Source: Tubiluchus corallicola (Eukaryota; Animalia; Priapulida). Taken from it: 37,857 nucleotides of DNA. The stretch spans positions 1 to 37,857 of the forward strand of contig JAQGDQ010001497.1 of NCBI GenBank assembly GCA_030141605.1, given 5' to 3'. Numbering within the stretch: position 1 is the stretch's first letter; every line of letters starts with the position of its first letter. The notes beneath the pieces are model-generated. The model had not been told where the DNA came from and made no database searches. It saw nothing but the letters and a program-made list of their open reading frames with translations. The position numbers and the translations under genes are program-made. Below, in pieces: positions 1-13,533 of this stretch.

Positions 1-29
1 AAGTTAATGGTATAAGTACACGGTAAAGC

Positions 30-515
30 CAGGGATTAGAATTTCCCGCGGATACGCGGAATTCCGAGTTTTTGGAAGACCAGTAGTGCCATATTTGTAA
101 ATCGCGTAAATTCTTAGAGAAAATTTTTACGGATCAAGTACATTATTTCACAAGCTGGCCGCTAGTTGGCAGGCCGTCACTTTGTTTACATCACGTACAT
201 CAGTGTAACCACGTGTATGTCTGTATGTATAAAAATATAGAATCAATTGTGCAGAGTTATATGAGTCAATTGCAGACAGTTTTTATATAATTTTGCATAC
301 GTGCGGCCAGTACTTGGGCGTTTTTGAGACAATTAGGTGTCATGTATCCTTGATAGTTGGGTATTTTAAATGCATGAAACAAGGTAATTGATATTTTAAG
401 TCCACTTAGAGGCTCTCTGTGGTCACAAAATTGCAATTTGTTGCTGGCTCCAAGGGGGCTCCCAAAACCCCCGGCCTGTTTCAGAGTTTTTTGGAATTTG
501 TCATTCTCATCCCTG
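30..515. mobile_element. hAT-type non-autonomous element (MITE)
   Basis: 13-bp TIRs CAGGGATTAGAAT (30-42) / ATTCTCATCCCTG (503-515, one mismatch), flanked by a perfect 8-bp TSD GGTAAAGC (22-29, 516-523). Confidence 0.9.
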
Positions 516-539
516 GGTAAAGCCTGAACTCAAAAGCTG

Positions 540-1209
540 ACGGTCCCTATATAATTATGTTGTTTTTCTCACTAACTTCTTCCAGATACACCTCAAATTC
601 TAACACTTCATACCACTTCATTACTTTGCTCTGCTTCGCAATATTTTTTAGTTTATTAAACCAAACCAGACTCAATGCTAAACTGTAAAATGTTCATCAT
701 TTCGTTCATAAATGACGAATTAAAAACTGTTCAGCCAATTCAAAAATTTAAAAAGAAATACAGAGCAATGATTCTCAACAAGTACAACACTTCCTAATTT
801 CCCACACCAACTGCAGTAGTCATACCACAATCCTGGTACAGATTATGCAAAACAAGGCATCATTGATAAATCATTAGAGCTGATGTCAACATAGCACAAT
901 CTATTATCTTTCTTCCTACCATTTCCACTAACACATCCTTCTACCCTTCCTGTTTGAGCTAACCTTTCTCCCAGTTCTTTTTTTGTTCACTCATCCATTC
1001 TTTTTTTAGCAGGTTCACATGACAGTGGGCTTATACAAGCCTTTGCTTCTCTAGCCCACTGCAGTACAATTATTCTTTTATGATAATGATAGTGTATGAA
1101 ACATAACAATTTAATACAGCATAACGTCATAATTTTGATGTCACTGTGTGCTTAATGTCATTATATTGTACTGAAAGTGATAATAATAAAACTAAACACT
1201 AAACAAAAA
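540..1209 (+). mobile_element. 3' remnant of a CR1/L2-group LINE (ORF2 C-terminus and 3' UTR); left boundary approximate
   Basis: Degenerate frame ...INDELKTVQPIQKFKKKYRAMILNKY resembles a LINE ORF2 end; stem-loop CAGTGGGC...GCCCACTG near 1023-1060; tail AATAATAAAACTAAACACTAAAC near 1182-1204. Confidence 0.55.
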
Positions 1210-1249
1210 GATCAAAACAACCTACTCTTTAAAATATTGAAATGCGAAA

Positions 1250-1785
1250 ATGACTTACGTGAAACAATTATTACCACACAAACACAATTTCACGTTCGCG
1301 TCACTAGTTCTTCACTGTTACATACATTTCAGCACTCGCTGGTTAGACGGGCACTAGTGCCTGCAATTCGCCAAGTGCATTGCACAAAAAACAGGTACTG
1401 CACCTCTCAGTTCAGATATATTAGTTTGTGACAACTACACATGGACAAGAGCTCATTCGCGTGAGCACAGCGGTAAATTTGATATTTAAATTTTTATCTT
1501 AAAGCTTGTCTAGCTTTAGTACAACACACTGAATATCTTACAGTAACACTGTACTTCAATTTTCTCTTTCGCAAACACGTGCAACACGCTCGTGGAATAT
1601 TTTTGCTGTTGAAAATTATGTTAGTTTGTGATGTCATCAACAGTTGGGCTCGCCCGCCATTAATTAAGTTTTTAATCTATTATTTAATTATCAGAAATGC
1701 TTTTGCAGTACTAATTGTGTTAAAATGTATACTTTTTATTGGACTTGAAAATGGGGTAGTGTACGAAAAATCATCCTGTCTTCCT
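1250..1785. repeat. Partial Kolobok-like MITE / dispersed repeat
   Basis: Ends ...GTCTTCCT|TTAA (1785); 1600-1790 resembles the reverse complement of 7180-7370; 1330-1416 resembles 5560-5650. Confidence 0.5.
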
Positions 1786-1955
1786 TTAAATATTGACACT
1801 TAGTGTATCTGCAAATATTTTTCTCCACAAGCTCAAACTCTGTAGACATTTTGATCTAAAATTAGCACTGGAAATGATCCAGTACAACAATCATTTATTT
1901 AGTCAGTGCTGAGATAAAGTTGAACATATTGAAATAACACTTCAAATTAACTCAC

Positions 1956-2575
1956 TACATTTACGATTCTTGGAGAATCTCCCGTCGCGTTTTTCTCCTC
2001 GGCTATGCTTTCGTTGTCGTCAGCATCTTCCATTTCTTGCATCCGCTGTCTCGTCTGCTGAACACGTTCATTGACTACTTCCTGATAACTGCGCAACCAG
2101 TTTACACTTTTCACAATTTCTCTGACATCGGCACCAACATTTTTCACAGCCACATCGGCAATGAAGGTGTCGTTTACATCGATGCACCCATCACCACTGC
2201 CGTCCAAAAGTCGTTCCACAATCACACTAAGATCATCATTGCACACCTCGCTTTCTTTTCCAGTTGGTAGTCCCACTGCTGGTTCCCCTTTTCCTTCTTC
2301 AACATTTTCTTTCACATTTTCCAACGTAACCAGACTCTGTGTATTCAATCTATCGACTATTTCGTCACCTGTTTCTTTATCTGCGTTTTCTTCGTTTTCA
2401 GTTACACAACCAGGCAGGGTGCAGTCGCCTTGACTTTGTATTATGCTACCTGTTATACATCTATCCATGCAACCATCATTGCTACACTGCATCACACAGC
2501 GTGCTGTTTTGTCGTGCAGCAAATTCTGAAGATACGTTGTATATCCCTCTACTGTTCCGTCATTTCTTCTTTCCA
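1956..2575 (-). CDS. Host gene exon 4 (acidic, low complexity)
   Basis: Acceptor ...TTTTAACACAG at 2576-2577, open frame VERRNDG...PRIVNV, phase 1 matches the upstream exon; GTGAGT donor at 1955-1950, so the in-frame TAA at 1947 is probably intronic. Confidence 0.75.
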
Positions 2576-2896
2576 CTGTGTTAAAATGAAAATGGACAAT
2601 GTAGTTACATTTGCTTATAAGTTTATATGAGGCAAAAATACTCAGATGAAGCAGTTTAAAGTTGAAATTTAAAGTAAAAACAATTAAAGTTGAAATATAA
2701 CGTACAAACAAGTTTTCTTTAACTAATAAAACTAACGTCAACTTTGAAACTGACACTAATTTTATTCAATTTTGTGGCTTCCTCCTTAATGAAAGTTGTA
2801 CCCAGAAGTTGTACTTTTTCATCAAAACATTTTGTTCAGTCATATTCCTAAAATTTCGGAAAATCGCAGACTAAACAAAGGTGCCAGTTGGGTTAC

Positions 2897-2941
2897 CTTG
2901 GATGCTGCGCTGTTTCTGTGCAGCTGGGTTGGTAAACAAAG
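2897..2941 (-). CDS. Host gene exon 3 (45 nt, phase 1-1)
   Basis: TTTAG acceptor and GTAACC donor; encodes (A)LFTNPAAQKQRSIQ in frame with both neighbours. Confidence 0.6.
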
Positions 2942-3432
2942 CTAAACGGTGAAATAACCAAATGCAAACACTGCTGTAGCTAAGGAATTAATTTTGCTAA
3001 CGCCATCTAATGAGTAAAACATGCAAAATCATTTTCCAGACTTTCTTTGAAAGTGACACTCTGAAACCAGATTTTCTCTAATGTAAACCAATAAGAAAAT
3101 TGTTAAAAGTATCAGAAAACCTTTGTCAGATCGTTTTCTTTCAGTTTTTGTGTAAAACTGAAAGTTTGGAAAGTATGCTGGTTCTCACATTTAAAATAAT
3201 TTCATAACAGGAAGTTTATCTACGTACACTATATAACCCTAAGTAGTTCAATTCCATTAACTTTATTTTCAAACACTCATTACTTTGGCTTCTTTGTAAA
3301 TACATAATTAGTGCATAATTTTCTATACTGTAGGCTCTGCCTAAGTAAACTGGTTGTTGTTTGTACAATGTACCACTGATGACAGCAGCAGCTAGTCAAA
3401 ATGTTTATACACGTTTTTTAAATAGCTGTTAA

Positions 3433-3872
3433 CCCTTTCATACCCGTTGTATCCCGTGGGATACGATAACATTTTTTGCCTTTAAAATTAACAAAATTTT
3501 AAAACTGACAGTTATTTGATCTGTTAATAGTTATTTTGATTTAAGCCAATAACAATAGACTAAAAATGGTGATAAAATGGCAAACTAGAAAATCTACATA
3601 GCATAAAAAACTGTGCAAGGTACAGTACTTTAGAGACGCCTTTGTACAGATCAGCATAGCATGCATACTAAATGTCTTAAATACTTTAAAAAATTATCAA
3701 CAGTTGCAAAATGAAGCACATTTTATGCTTCCATTGAATCCCAATGTATCCCGTGGGATACAGGCTATATTTAGCACGTGGGCACAGGTAGAAAAAAAAA
3801 TTATTATGTGTAAACAAGATGGACATACTGAACGAAAGTTCTTATTAAAAAAATAATTTGGGACTGAAAAGG
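3433..3872. mobile_element. piggyBac-like MITE in intron
   Basis: TTAA|CCCTTTCA...TGAAAAGG|TTAA termini; internal near-palindrome GTATCCCGTGGGATAC present twice. Confidence 0.7.
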
Positions 3873-4015
3873 TTAATTAAAGTTTTTGGATAAAAGTTGA
3901 ATTGTTTTAACTATAAATGCTTTAAAATTCCTGTGTAAATGAATTTGATAAACATACAGACCAGCTCAGTAGTAATCAGATGAAGTGAAGTTTATTACAT
4001 GAAACCAAATCTTAC

Positions 4016-4148
4016 CGGCAGGTATTTGCTCAAGAAGTCTAGCAATCTCATCTTGGTCTTTATTAACTGTTTTACCTCTGATGTCTCTTCTTTGATGTAG
4101 CAGATTAAGAAAGTTTGACACCATCGTCTCTGAGGAAGCCGTAGAATC
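4016..4148 (-). CDS. Host gene exon 2
   Basis: CTGCAG acceptor, GTAAG donor, 133 nt open: DSTASSETMVSNFLNLLHQRRDIRGKTVNKDQDEIARLLEQIPA; phases 0/1 fit flanking exons. Confidence 0.8.
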
Positions 4149-4240
4149 CTGCAGATGAAGCCAACATTTAACTAATAGCTAGCCGTGTGACTATCAAACG
4201 TTCAAATTCGATTCGAATCAATCTTTTAGTTCGAATTCGA

Positions 4241-4671
4241 TTATCTCGTTATCTCGCCACTGTCCGTCTAAGGCAAATTTTTAGCGAGAGGCGAGTATGG
4301 CGAGATAATGGGAATATAACGAAGTTAGTCTATATGTATATACATAATAGTTGATTAACATAGTGTAACACGACACACACTAGATTAATTATGTCTGTCT
4401 ATCGAGTACAGCAGCATTGTCTACATACCGCGGTTATATTGCTCGACACACGGTATATGTATTGATCGATTCACCTCTGAGTTTGTCTGTTTGGCGACAT
4501 AACGAATATAGTTTACATAAGCACTCATCCTAGCATGACGTGGCGAGGGCGAGAAGCGAGGGTGGCGACTTAACTAGGTAAATATCAAAGCAGGAAATCC
4601 GTCTTGGTACTTTCTATGGCGAGAGACGAGTTTGGCGGCATAACGAGGGGCGAGATAACGAGGCTAGACTG
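4241..4671. mobile_element. Tc1/mariner (pogo-like) MITE remnant
   Basis: Right end ...GGCGAGATAACGAGGCTAGACTG|TA; inverted copy CTCGTTATCTCGCC at about 4245 with outer bases missing; internal GGCGAG motifs. Confidence 0.5.
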
Positions 4672-5809
4672 TACTCTTTATAGTTAAAAAGTTTGAAACG
4701 TCACGCAAGTAACACAGTTTAGCTACAATTTTAGAGCAAAATTTTTAAACAAATTATTAGTATTTTTATTGCAGAACAAAATGGAGAAATACGCATAATC
4801 GTTATAAGAAAATTTTTACTGCTGGTTCCAAAACTTGTTCAAAAATCTTTCAAACTCAATTCGAATTCGATATACTTAAGCACGGTTAGATTAGAATTAG
4901 GAAGTGACAAATTCGATTCAATTCACATTTACTTTCTACCAGAGAATGCTCACCCTTACTAATAACTTCTACTTTAACCAGTGAAAGAAAAATGTTAAAG
5001 GACAACCTGACTCAATTTTAAACAACAGAACAAAAAAATCTACACTGTAAAATAATGAGAGGGATTATATCACAGTCATACCTCCGTTGTCGAACGTCTC
5101 CGTACTCGTACAAATCGGTTTTTTCAACTAAAAAATTCCAACTGAAATTGTCTTCGCTCTCGCGCAAAATTTCGGTACTCGACCAATCGACAAGCGCGGT
5201 GAGCTGAGTAGTGCCGAGCATAACCGACCTTCCTTGCGTATACCATCACACTGCTACCAACACGCGAGGTTTTTTCATGCAGGAATAATAGTGTTTTTCT
5301 TTCTAATTAATTCTATAATGTTATTTTATCAATAATATCACATCTGCTGTTCGAATAAACATTTTTGCATTATTATATACGTTTTCGTAATACGTTACAG
5401 TTCACTTGGTGTTTGAGAACGGTTTATTTGCTTTTACATTATTTCTTATGGGAATAAATGATTCAGCACTCAACCAAATCGGTCTTTTTAGGAACGAATT
5501 ATGATCAATAACAGAAGTATGACTGTATTTTTTCAAAAATGAGTTCTTCTCAGTTACATAGCGAAATTCGCTAGTTAAAAGGGCACTCACTAGCGCCTGC
5601 ATCTTGGAAAAAAGTTGCACAAAAAACAGATGCTGCACCTCTCAGTTCAGAGGTGCTGAATTGTGATGCAGTGCACATGTTTTACTGATAATTCTACATC
5701 ATTATTAAACTTGAAAAACAGGTATGATTTAGCATTTTTAAATTGTTATCAAAATTTTACTGATAATTCTATGTCGTTATTAAACTTGAAAAACGGGTAT
5801 GATTATTAC

Positions 5810-5965
5810 CAAAACTTCGTCTTCTTCATGATGCTGTGACTCGTCTGTTTCCTCTTCGTTTGAATCAGAAGCATTCAACTCTGCTAACCTTTGAGCAACT
5901 TCTTCTTCCATCAGATCATGATTATCAGTGTCGTAAATATTTGCACCGATGGCAACAGCCGTCAT
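5810..5965 (-). CDS. Host gene first coding exon; weak resemblance to the LRRIQ1 N-terminus
   Basis: ATG at 5965, 52 codons MTAVAIG...EEEVAQRLAELNASDSNEEETDE...EDEVL then GTAATA donor, phase 0 into exon 2. Confidence 0.7.
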
Positions 5966-6261
5966 ACTTAATTACCAAAAGCCCTTACTGAAAAAAATGT
6001 TTGAAAAGAAATCAAAACATTTTACACAAAACTTGCAGCAACAAGTGAGCAATCAAAAACAGCTCCATCTAGCGGCTAGTCAGTTTAATTCAAAAGGGAA
6101 TATATTGTACTTAGTTTAACGGTAACTGTAGTTATTCTGCAGTGTGCACAGAATTTGATGACCTTTCTGACTGGAGGGCTATTTTTATATAAAGGATATT
6201 ATTAAAAAATCTATAATTTCTTGCAACTTGATGAATGCAATCAGATTTGTATCAGCAAAAT

Positions 6262-6835
6262 AATGTATTATATATTATGTGAAGAAATAGCGCATTATAC
6301 TGTGTCGAAATAATGTATTATATTACGTGTAGAAATAGTGTATTACATTGTGTCGAAATAATGTACTATATTACGTGCCGAAATAGTGTATTATAGTGTG
6401 TCAACATATTTATTATATTACGTTTTGAAATAGTGTATTATATTATGTGAAGAAATAGCGCATTATACTGTGTCGAAATAATGTATTATAATACGTGTCG
6501 AAATAGTGTATTATTTTATGTCAAAACATATATTATATTATGTGCCGGAATAGTGTATTATGTTATGTCGAAATATTTATTATATTACGTTTTGAAATAG
6601 TGTATTATATTATGTGAAGAAATAGCGCATTATACTGTGTCGAAATAATGTATTATAATACGTGTCGAAATAGTGTATTTACGTGTCGGAATAGTGTATT
6701 ATGTTATGTCGAAATATTTATTATATTACGTGTCGAAATAGTGTAATATGTTATGTCAAAACATATATTATATTACGTGTCGAAATAGTGTATTATGTTA
6801 TGTCGAAATATTTATTATATTACGTGTCGAAATGG
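6262..6835. repeat. AT-rich minisatellite, about 25-bp unit
   Basis: Degenerate tandem copies of TATTATATTACGTGTCGAAATAGTG. Confidence 0.9.
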
Positions 6836-7182
6836 TGTGAAATGCCTGAAATTGCTATTTGTCACGTATTTTAGCCATCTAATTTATATGCTAATTCTAG
6901 ACATCACAAATAAAGAAATAAAAATGAAAATAAAAAATGATTCTCATTGCTTAGCTACACTAAGTGACAATCTTAACAGAATGATACGGTTTTACGGGTA
7001 CATGATAGCCCATCTAAACGTAAGCATGTCACCAGTTAAATGTTGTGTTTCTGACTGTTTCTAGATGAGCAGTGACAATTTGAGCTAACAGACAGGGTGC
7101 CAGAATCACATCTGTCTGACTCTTAATGTTACTGCACTATTAAAAATTGCCAATAATTGGAAAGAAAAAGAGCTGTCTTTAA

Positions 7183-7732
7183 AGGAAGACTGGAAGATAG
7201 TTTAGACTCAATCTCATTTTAATTTACTGTCCAAAATATACATTTCCTTGTATCGATAAAAGTTAATAATTGTTCCTTATATTTGAATAATTAGCTTAGA
7301 AATTTAATTAACGGCAACTGAACACAGCTATTGCTTACGTCAGAAACTAACCACAGTTTGTGCAATGGTAGGCGTCTTCCCTTGCGCGTCAAGCACTTTT
7401 GCATAGGTGTTACAGTACTGCTTAAATGCATGTAGTCACGAAAAATGGGCTTTACATCATATGACGTTACAAATTAACACTGCAGTTCATGATCATGGTT
7501 ATCACGGCACCACCTTCTATTTGTCAGCGACGCGCACGTGACAAAAAGGCACCACTGCCAATCTTAGCAGATTCACTGAGGCACGTGTAGCGTGACAGCT
7601 TAACGAAATTTGAGTATTCGAGGTAATTATTATTTAATCTAAGCTTTGATTTAAAATAAGCTATTGTAGTTTTCAATATTTTAGAGCATTCTTTATTCTG
7701 AACTTGTGTTTACATAATCATCCGGTTTTCCT
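7183..7732. mobile_element. Kolobok-like MITE
   Basis: TTAA|AGGAAGACTGGA...TCCGGTTTTCCT|TTAA: imperfect TIRs starting AGG with TTAA TSD. Confidence 0.7.
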
Positions 7733-7858
7733 TTAAACACAGATAAAACTAAATTCATTGTCAGTTAATAGTACTGTCCTAGAACAAACGAGAACCTTGT
7801 ATTTCTTGGGCCTAAACTTTTGCTATCCAAATTTTGTGGAGTTTACTGTATAAGAACG

Positions 7859-9131
7859 TGTAGTGATTAGGAAATAAAATGAGCAGAACTACGATGTTTT
7901 CATAGTAAAAGATGTGCTCGATTGAGGCACCAGGCAAAGATGAAAGAAATCAAGTTTATCTTGTAATTTTCTATATTTTAGCCACAGTAGACACAACATT
8001 GGCGCAGTCGACCAAAAAAGGACTGCATCAGGAAAATAATATAGAAATTCGACTAAGTATGATGTGAAATAGCATGGCGGCTGACCGTCGTTTAAACATC
8101 GCAGCATTTCAATACGACACCGACCATTTAGCGCTTGGTAACGCATGGCGAGAGTACATCGAAGATATAGAAAGGCAATTTCGTTACTTCCGTATTCTAG
8201 AGGCCCAGGATAAGAAAGATGCCTTAATTATATATGGTGGTAAAGATATAGCACGCCAGGAAAAAAGCTTGCCAGACCCAATACAAACAGAAAATGGTGC
8301 AGACCGTAGAGATGTTTACGAGCAGTTGAAACATAAATTGACAGAACATTTCACACCAAGACAAAATGAGCATCATAGTCGTTATGTCTTTCTTAAAATG
8401 AGGCAAGCAGAAGGCGAATCAATAAATTCTTATGCAGCAAGACTGAGAGAGCAAGCAGCCAAATGTGAGTTTGAGCAAACAGAATCTGATACAATATTGG
8501 AACATATAATTCAGTTTGCTCAAACTCACATTTGGCTGCTTGCTCTCTCAGTCTTGCTGCATAAGAATTTATTGATTCGCTTTCTGCTTGATTCATTTTG
8601 AGAAAGACATAACGACTACGATGCTTCTTTTGAATTATATGTTCCAATATTCTGTCAGATTCTAATCGACAGAAACTTCTACCCAGGAAATTTCAAGACC
8701 TTGTAATGACGTAAAGTTACAAAATCAAGATGAAAAGAGTTTGGTTATCAAATGTTACATTTGAATCAGATTACTCAGTTACATTTATCTACATTGTATT
8801 ACATTTAATTGAAACAAAAGAATTACAGTCGCAAACAATTTTTTTGTTATATCAGAATATCTTAAGTAAGCTTAATCCAAGACTGATTTGTATCAGGTTT
8901 GAGTTCGATACTATGTTGTTCAATTTCAAGTTTGAAATTTTGTTTATTGTCACTCATTTTCTGTTCTTTTCTCAAAAAAAATGGGAAGTAATGTAGTGAT
9001 TAGGAAATAAAATGAGCCGAACTACGATGTTTTCGTAGTAAAAGATGTGCTCGATTGAGGCACCAGGCAAAGATGAAACAAATCAAGTTTATCTTGTAAT
9101 TTTATATATTTTAACCACAGTAGACACAACA
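7859..9131 (+). mobile_element. Internally deleted Gypsy-type LTR retrotransposon (TRIM-sized)
   Basis: 140-bp TG...CA LTRs at 7859-7998 and 8992-9131; 5-bp TSD GAACG/GAATG; PBS TGGCGCAGTCG (tRNA-Ser-like) after the 5' LTR; purine tract before the 3' LTR. Confidence 0.92.
8074..8513 (+). pseudogene. gag: Truncated gag
   Basis: Gypsy Gag motifs W..Y...IERQF, L..HF.P, F..MRQ.EGESINSYAARLRE.A.KCEF; broken by an inverted duplication at 8514. Confidence 0.85.
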
Positions 9132-10077
9132 GAATGCTACAGGCGGACTGAATGTCCAAATCAGTTTTTGACCGCACAGTCAAGTCACTCACAAGTGTTA
9201 ACTACGTAGAAAAACTGTGTTTTCTATTGTCGAACAGTGGATTTAAGGTTTGCAGCAGTACACCTGTTATAAATTTATGAAGTCTTAAAAGGCAACACCT
9301 GTTTATTGTGATGATACTGATGATAGTAATCCTGGGCGCCATTACTTAGTAGCTATTTTAATTGCGTTTCACTGTCTGTAGTTCGTGAACACCAGCACCA
9401 CATGTACAATACATACACGTGAACATTAATACATTAAGAACAAACGAGCTGCCAGGAAATGAAATCGTCAGAATCAATTTGTACCCGCAGATCTAACCGT
9501 AAGTCTTAACACTAAACCAAAAGCTTAACCTGCCAATATACAATTCATCTATAGAGTTTTAAGAACGATATTAATTCTTTATTTCTTGTGAAATATTTAT
9601 AATACAGTAATAACAATAATACAGTACCGATACGAACTAAAATAAGTTCAAGCATTATAAGCAGCAGTAAGTGCTTTCCCGTTTCCATGACTCCGGCAAC
9701 GCGGTCATATGATCACGTGTTCAAATTCGAATTCACGTTGTTTTGTTACTACTCGGATCAATCAAAGAAAGCGACTACGCTCTTAGAAGCTTAAAATCCG
9801 CGGAGTTTTGCGGACTTTTAATAGGATGAGGTTCCACACATTTTATAAACACATTTTAAAAGATTTACTAAAGTTGAATATTGATGGCGCCACGTATAAT
9901 AGCGGCAGTGTTCAAAATTTGCTCCGAAAGAAAATTATCGAAAAACTTAGTTATTTCGCGAGAAAACTAATATAACGAGAAGAATTAAATAGGATTATAT
10001 TAGCGAAAGCGGTGTTAAAGTGAAACTGACGAAGTTTTGGCTGGAAAGCTTATAATAAATTCATAGCGAGACCACTC

Positions 10078-11003
10078 ATGTCGTCAAGAAAACCATAGAA
10101 ACGTAATTTAAAATCTAGTGCAAAGAACTCAGCTAGTGATTACAATGTAACGCCAAACCTACCAGACAGCAGAGATATGCAACAGATGAGCACGAAGCAA
10201 GTTCTAGTGATGAAGAAGAGACTAATCACAGTTTCTCTTCAATGTTGAACAGTATTCAACAAGAGCTCAATTCATTTGTGAGAAAGGTCACCAAAATTGA
10301 GTCTCAAACATCAGAAATCAAGCACTCACAGAACTTCATCTCGGAGGCATTCGAAAGCATGAAAAACGAACTAGCAAAGGCATTGGATGAAATAAAAGAG
10401 CTGAAAATGGATAACAAAGCCATGGCAGCAACAATAAAAAAACTGGAAAAGGACAACAAAGAGAAAGATGAGAAATTGGATGAGAAATGTATACGAGAAG
10501 AGATTGTCTGGAAATAACAGGAGTCCCTATTATCGAAGGAGAAAACACAAATACTATAGTTCTAAGTTTGGCTGCTACCATGGATGCGAATCATCGTGAG
10601 CACCAAGCGAGGATTAGACTACCACCACCCACAGATATTAACCTGACAGAAAATGACATAAGCACGTCTCACCGGCTACCACCACCAAAGAAAGGAATGT
10701 GCCCCAAGGTCATTGTGAAATTTACAACAAAAAGAGATGTAAGAAACCAATTCTATGAAAAAATCTTACAAGACATGCAGGTAATGCTGATATGCTTACC
10801 GTAGCTAAATATAACAGTAGTAAAATCTATGTTAATGAATCTCTAACGCAAATGAAGAGAAAACTGCTGTTTCAATGTCGAAGCGTAAAACGAAATAAGA
10901 ACATAAAATATTTATGGACTGTAAATGGAAAAATCAAAATGAGAGTAAATGATAGCAGCCTTTTATCTCAATAAATAGTGAAGATGACTTAAACATGGTT
11001 TAG
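10078..11003 (+). pseudogene. LINE ORF1 (coiled coil plus RRM-type), frameshifted
   Basis: Coiled coil, then RRDCLEITGVP, SHRL, VIVKF, IYVNESLT, KYLWTVNGKIKMR spread over three frames. Confidence 0.85.
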
Positions 11004-11077
11004 ATAGAACCCAGATATCTTATTGAGATAACAGGGCTGCTATCCTACATCTGTGTATTTAAATTGTTATAAATTAA

Positions 11078-13533
11078 ATGGTAATTCAGTATCCCTGCAC
11101 TGGATGTACGTTTGCTTGCAAAATTAATCAGAATGCCCTGTACTGTGAAATCTGTAGGAAATGGTGTCATCTTAAATGCACCATGATAACAATGCAAGAC
11201 TTTCAAAAGTTGGCTAATTCAGACATTCCTTTTTATTGTCAGCCATGTATAAATAGAATATTCCCCTTTCAAAGCACTGAAAATGACGAGCTAAGAGACA
11301 TTTTCAGTGCAAGCCAAATGAGCAATGTTTTAAAAAATTTATCATCAGTTTTCACCCCAAATGAACATGATGAACAGGATCCAGATCATTACACAAACTT
11401 CAATATGTGCAAATACTACAAGCTCGCTGCTTTGAGACAAAACTCTGATTTAGTTGTAAACAAAAATGACATGTTCTTTATACATTTTAATACTAGAAGT
11501 CTATCAAAAAACTTCTCAAACATGTTTGATGTATTAGCACATTTTGAGGATAACCCACCAGATGCCATCGCCATTTCTGAAACAAAACTACAAAGCAACA
11601 CAGCATTTCTGTGTGATATACCAGGTTATTTATTTTTAAATGTAAATTCACAAACAAATGCTGGTGGGGTAGGAATCTACATAAAACGAAACATCTCATT
11701 TTCAGTAAACACAGACTATCAAATAGCTGCTACAAAAACACAAAATAATTTGACCAGTAGGATACAGGTAGAGCAACTTTGGCTGGAATTAAAAACAGCA
11801 AAAAACTGCAAACCAGTCATTTTTGGATCATCTACAGACACCCAAACACTTCACTACAGCACTTTCGGGAAGAGGCTGAAAGAGTCTTATCTAAAATAAA
11901 CAGATCTGGAAGGACCGCATATATCTGCGGCGACACAAACATAAACCTACTACAGTATGAACAAAAATCACAAGTAAATGATTATCTTAACGTGCTATTT
12001 ACAAATCGCTATACACCCTTAATAACATATCCGATCAGAATTACTCATACTTCACAAACACTTATAGACCATTTCTATACAAACTCATATCAGAACCACA
12101 TAGTTTCTGGTATCATACTTAGGCAAGTAGCTGATCACTTGCCTATATTCATAATTGTAAAATCTGCTCACCTAGTCAAAGCTAAAATTAAAATAACTAC
12201 AAGAGATAAAAAGAAATTCAATACGGAGTCCTTTTTACAAGATCTTGAAAAATTGTTAGTAAACACACTTAAGATCACTGATACTAATGATGCTTTTACA
12301 AATTTCTTCGAAAACTTTTCCCACTTCCTAAATATCCATGCCCCTATAAGGACCTTGTCAAGAAAGGAAAGCAAAACATTTAACAAACCTTGGATTACTC
12401 CAGGTTTATTAACTTCAATTCGAAAACAAAGCACAATGTACAAAACACATAAAATATCACCTTCGGAATATGACAGAAACGTATATAAAGTATACTCAAA
12501 TAGGCTCATCTAAAAAACATTGCTAAAAAAATGTTTACGAAAACTTATTTACAGTTCACAGCAACAATATAAAAAAGACATGGATGAATATTAATAACAT
12601 ACTGGGTAGAAATAACAAAACTCAATCTGCACCTGATGAACTCAAATAGAATGGCCGCACATTAACAGATAAAATGGAAATTGCAAATGCTTTTAACAAC
12701 TTTTTTCAATCTATTGGTGAAAATATGGCCAAAAAAATTCCACCATCACTAGTTAGTTTTTACTCATATTTAACAAACAGAATTGAAAAAACAATATTTT
12801 TTTACCCAGTGACACAAGCCGAAATAAAAGCTGAAATTAATAAGTTCGATGAATCAAAGTCTACTGGTCACGAAAACATACCTATTAAATACTATAAGCT
12901 TGCTGCTAATAAAATTGTCCCCATTTTAACCCATCTTTTCAACCTATCAGTTACACAAGGAGTCTTTCCCGACTTTCTCAAAATAGCTAAAGTGACACCT
13001 GTATGTAAAGCTGACTCACCTGAGGAACCAACAAATTATCATCCAATTTCTATACTGTCTCTTATATCTAAGATCTATGAAATTATTATATACAACCGCC
13101 TCATCAATTTCCTAAATTCTTGCAGTGTACTCACAAAATGCCAATTTGGATTCAGAAAAAACCATTCAACTGCTCTAGCTACAGCAGAGCTCATTGAAAA
13201 CATGCTCAAGAATTTAGATAATCGAACTTATACATGTGGAATCTTTCTAGTCTTATCTAAAGCTTCTGACTCGGTCTCCCATCATATAATCTTACATAAA
13301 CTTAATCACTATGGCATACGAGGTAATATATTAAAATTAATAACAGTTATCCAACAAACAGACAACAATATACAGTGGTACAAAACAATGTTTCTAGTTT
13401 ACTTAAGATAAACTGTGGAGTACCACAAGGGGCAACATTAGGACCACTTTTGTTTCTTATATACATGAACGACATGTCGCTTGTTTCCAATTTCAATACA
13501 GGCCTCTTTGCTGACGACACAAACCTATTCCTT
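11078..13533 (+). pseudogene. CR1/L2-group LINE ORF2: PHD finger, APE endonuclease, RT; frameshifted and 3'-truncated
   Basis: PHD (CTGC...CEIC.KW.HLKC...FYCQPC); APE (N.RSL, ISET, GGVGIYI, GDTN, LIDH, DHLPI); KPWIT; RT (PISIL, QFGFR, GVPQG.LGPLLF, FADDT); ends abruptly after FADDTNLF. Confidence 0.92.

Noticed and set aside
1947-2756. 269-aa single-exon gene as given in the ORF track
   Set aside because: The first 60 or so codons are intronic; the splice model fits better
8393-8647. Separate minus-strand gag gene
   Set aside because: It is the inverted duplicate arm of the same gag
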